A model generated the notes under the pieces. It made no database searches and was not told where the DNA came from. It worked only from the letters and a program-made list of their open reading frames with translations. Positions 62,434 to 64,000 of a DNA stretch of 64,000 bases are shown here, in pieces. The position numbers and the translations under genes were made by a program. The first letter of the stretch is position 1. Each line of letters starts with the position of its first letter. This DNA is from Candidatus Poribacteria bacterium (GTDB taxonomy: Bacteria; Poribacteria; WGA-4E; WGA-3G): NCBI GenBank assembly GCA_965205015.1, contig OZ242029.1, forward strand, positions 2,592,001 through 2,656,000. The letters are read 5' to 3'.

Positions 62434-62462
62434 AGTATAATACATATTACAGGAAAAGTCAA
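62434..62462 (-). promoter_or_regulatory. sigma70 promoter upstream of tRNA(CAT)-tilS-hpt
   Basis: TTGACT-17-TATACT. Confidence 0.7.
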
Positions 62463-62649
62463 GTGTTTTTGTCTTTTCTTGTAAATACGTTATTAGCTTG
62501 AAAATCGGAATCTGAGGAAGCGTAATGTGAGAGATTGCGGGGGACCAGAAAATGGTTTAAGCACGTTGCTATTGTCGGATTTCCCGAACCTCAGTATGTG
62601 CTGCGTATATGTGTTCTTAGATGAAAAAAATACAAAAAGGTTTAAGGAG

Positions 62650-62723
62650 TTGCAGGGGGGGGATTTGAACCCCCGTCCTCCGGGTTATGAGCCCGACGAG
62701 CTACCTGGCTGCTCTACCCTGCG
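62650..62723 (-). tRNA. Initiator tRNA-fMet (CAT)
   Basis: C1:A72 mismatch and three G-C pairs in the anticodon stem (GGG-CTCATAA-CCC). Confidence 0.95.
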
Positions 62724-62746
62724 GCAAGAATGATTATCCTAAATCA

Positions 62747-62832
62747 TGGTCGAGGAGGGACTTGAACCCTCACACCTTTTTACAGGCGACGGATTTTAAG
62801 TCCGTTGCGTCTACCGATTCCGCCACTCGACC
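62747..62832 (-). tRNA. tRNA-Leu (TAA)
   Basis: GGTCGAG acceptor, ACGGA-CTTAAAA-TCCGT arm, long variable arm. Confidence 0.95.
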
Positions 62833-62846
62833 GCCAATACTTTAAT

Positions 62847-62875
62847 AGTATACACCATCTCCTGATGTTTGTCAA
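62847..62875 (-). promoter_or_regulatory. sigma70 promoter for tRNA-Leu and tRNA-fMet
   Basis: TTGACA-17-TATACT. Confidence 0.8.
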
Positions 62876-62918
62876 CTTTTTTTGACTTTTTTTTCCAAAT
62901 CGTTTATCATAAAGCATT

Positions 62919-63692
62919 ATGAAACACATTACACTCGCATCAGGACATGAAATCCCCATATTCGGTTTGGGAACTTGGCAACTCAAAGGTAGGCAGTGCG
63001 AACGCATCGTTAAGGAAGCCATCGCATTGGGCTATACACATATCGACACGGCATGGATGTACCAAAACCAGCGTGAGATCGGGAAAGCACTCCGAGACAT
63101 CCCTGTGGATCGCGAGGACATCTTTCTGACCACCAAAATTTGGGGCACCCATCTCAGACATGCCGAGGTTCTTTCGCAATTTGAGGAATGTCTCAACGAT
63201 TTGCAGATGGATTACGTCGATCTGTTACTGATTCACCATCCGAGCGATTCTGTTCCGGTTACCGAAACCTTTGAGGCTTTCCAGAAGCTTTACGAGGCGG
63301 GTCAAGTCAAAAGCATCGGTATCAGCAATTTTAGCATCGCTCAAGTCGAAGAGGCGTGTGAAGCCTCCGAGCTCCCGATTTGCACAAATCAGGTAGAATA
63401 CCATGTGCGCAGGAACCGATCAGAGTTGCGCGACTACTGCCAGGGGCGCGGTATTGTGATGACGGCACACCGTCCGCTTGCTGTTGGGGACCTTGCCGGT
63501 GATACAGTCCTGCGTGGTATTGGAGAGAATCACGGAAAGACTGCGGCACAGGTAGCGCTCCGGTGGTTGGTGCAGCAGGACATCATCACGATCCCTAAAT
63601 CGGGTTCGGTGCCGCATTTACGTGAGAATTTAGATGTTTTTGCATGGCAATTGACGGATGAAGAGATGCATAGACTTGATACCGAAATGTAG
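62919..63692 (+). CDS. Aldo/keto reductase
   Basis: GLGTW, IDTA..Y, TTKIW, DLLLIH, IGISNF, IPKS. Confidence 0.93.
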   Translation: MKHITLASGHEIPIFGLGTWQLKGRQCERIVKEAIALGYTHIDTAWMYQNQREIGKALRDIPVDREDIFLTTKIWGTHLRHAEVLSQFEECLNDLQMDYVDLLLIHHPSDSVPVTETFEAFQKLYEAGQVKSIGISNFSIAQVEEACEASELPICTNQVEYHVRRNRSELRDYCQGRGIVMTAHRPLAVGDLAGDTVLRGIGENHGKTAAQVALRWLVQQDIITIPKSGSVPHLRENLDVFAWQLTDEEMHRLDTEM

Positions 63693-63703
63693 GGGCAGAC
63701 AGA

Positions 63704-64000
63704 ATGAAATTTGGACTGTTTTATGAACATCAGATTCCGCGTCCGTGGCACGATGGAGCAGAACATAAACTCTTTCAAGATGCGTTAGCGCAGGTAGAAC
63801 TGGCTGATAGACTTGGGTTTGATTATATTTGGGAGGTTGAACACCATTTCCTTGAGGAGTATTCGCACTCTTCAGCCCCAGAGGTCTTTCTCGCAGCGTG
63901 TAGCCAACGGACAACGCAGATTCGATTAGGACACGGAATTGTGTTGATGCCCCCGGCTTACAATCACCCGGCGCGCGTCGCCGAACGCATTGCCACGCTT
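63704..64000 (+). CDS. LLM class flavin-dependent oxidoreductase, partial at window edge
   Basis: Hand translation: MKFGLFYE..LADRLGFDYIWEVEHHF..YSHSSAPE..IRLGHG. Confidence 0.87.
   Translation, partial: MKFGLFYEHQIPRPWHDGAEHKLFQDALAQVELADRLGFDYIWEVEHHFLEEYSHSSAPEVFLAACSQRTTQIRLGHGIVLMPPAYNHPARVAERIATL

Noticed and set aside
62313-62832. Prophage or island integration at the tRNA cluster
   Set aside because: No integrase or duplicated tRNA 3' end was seen, and the flanks are housekeeping genes.

Overview
A 64 kb stretch of bacterial chromosome. The gene mix is 7 Gfo/Idh/MocA oxidoreductases, 2 PhyH dioxygenases, 2 mandelate racemase-like enzymes, DUF1080, TPR/HEAT proteins and many short intergenic repeats. 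That mix suggests Candidatus Poribacteria or a similar lineage, which is inference only. Core genes are eno-ftsB, trpD-trpC, a birA-like ligase, rbsK, tilS-hpt, three tRNAs and korAB-like oxidoreductase genes. The most notable items are: (1) a split cytochrome c maturation locus with a CxxxY-type CcmE, a Cys-rich CcmH, extra membrane and HEAT-repeat genes and no ccmC in view, near a hexaheme cytochrome with a CX4CH site and a TsdA/SoxA-like diheme; (2) a PorV/FadL-like barrel fused to a lytic transglycosylase, with a repeat element apparently in-frame in the linker, next to a LysM3-M23 peptidase; (3) an AT-rich type II restriction-modification pair whose nuclease has a +1 frameshift; (4) an orphan methyltransferase and a DUF433/DUF5615 toxin-antitoxin pair; (5) several REP/MITE-like repeat families. 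No CRISPR array, rRNA or transposase was seen. All calls come from reading motifs by eye; no database searches were run.
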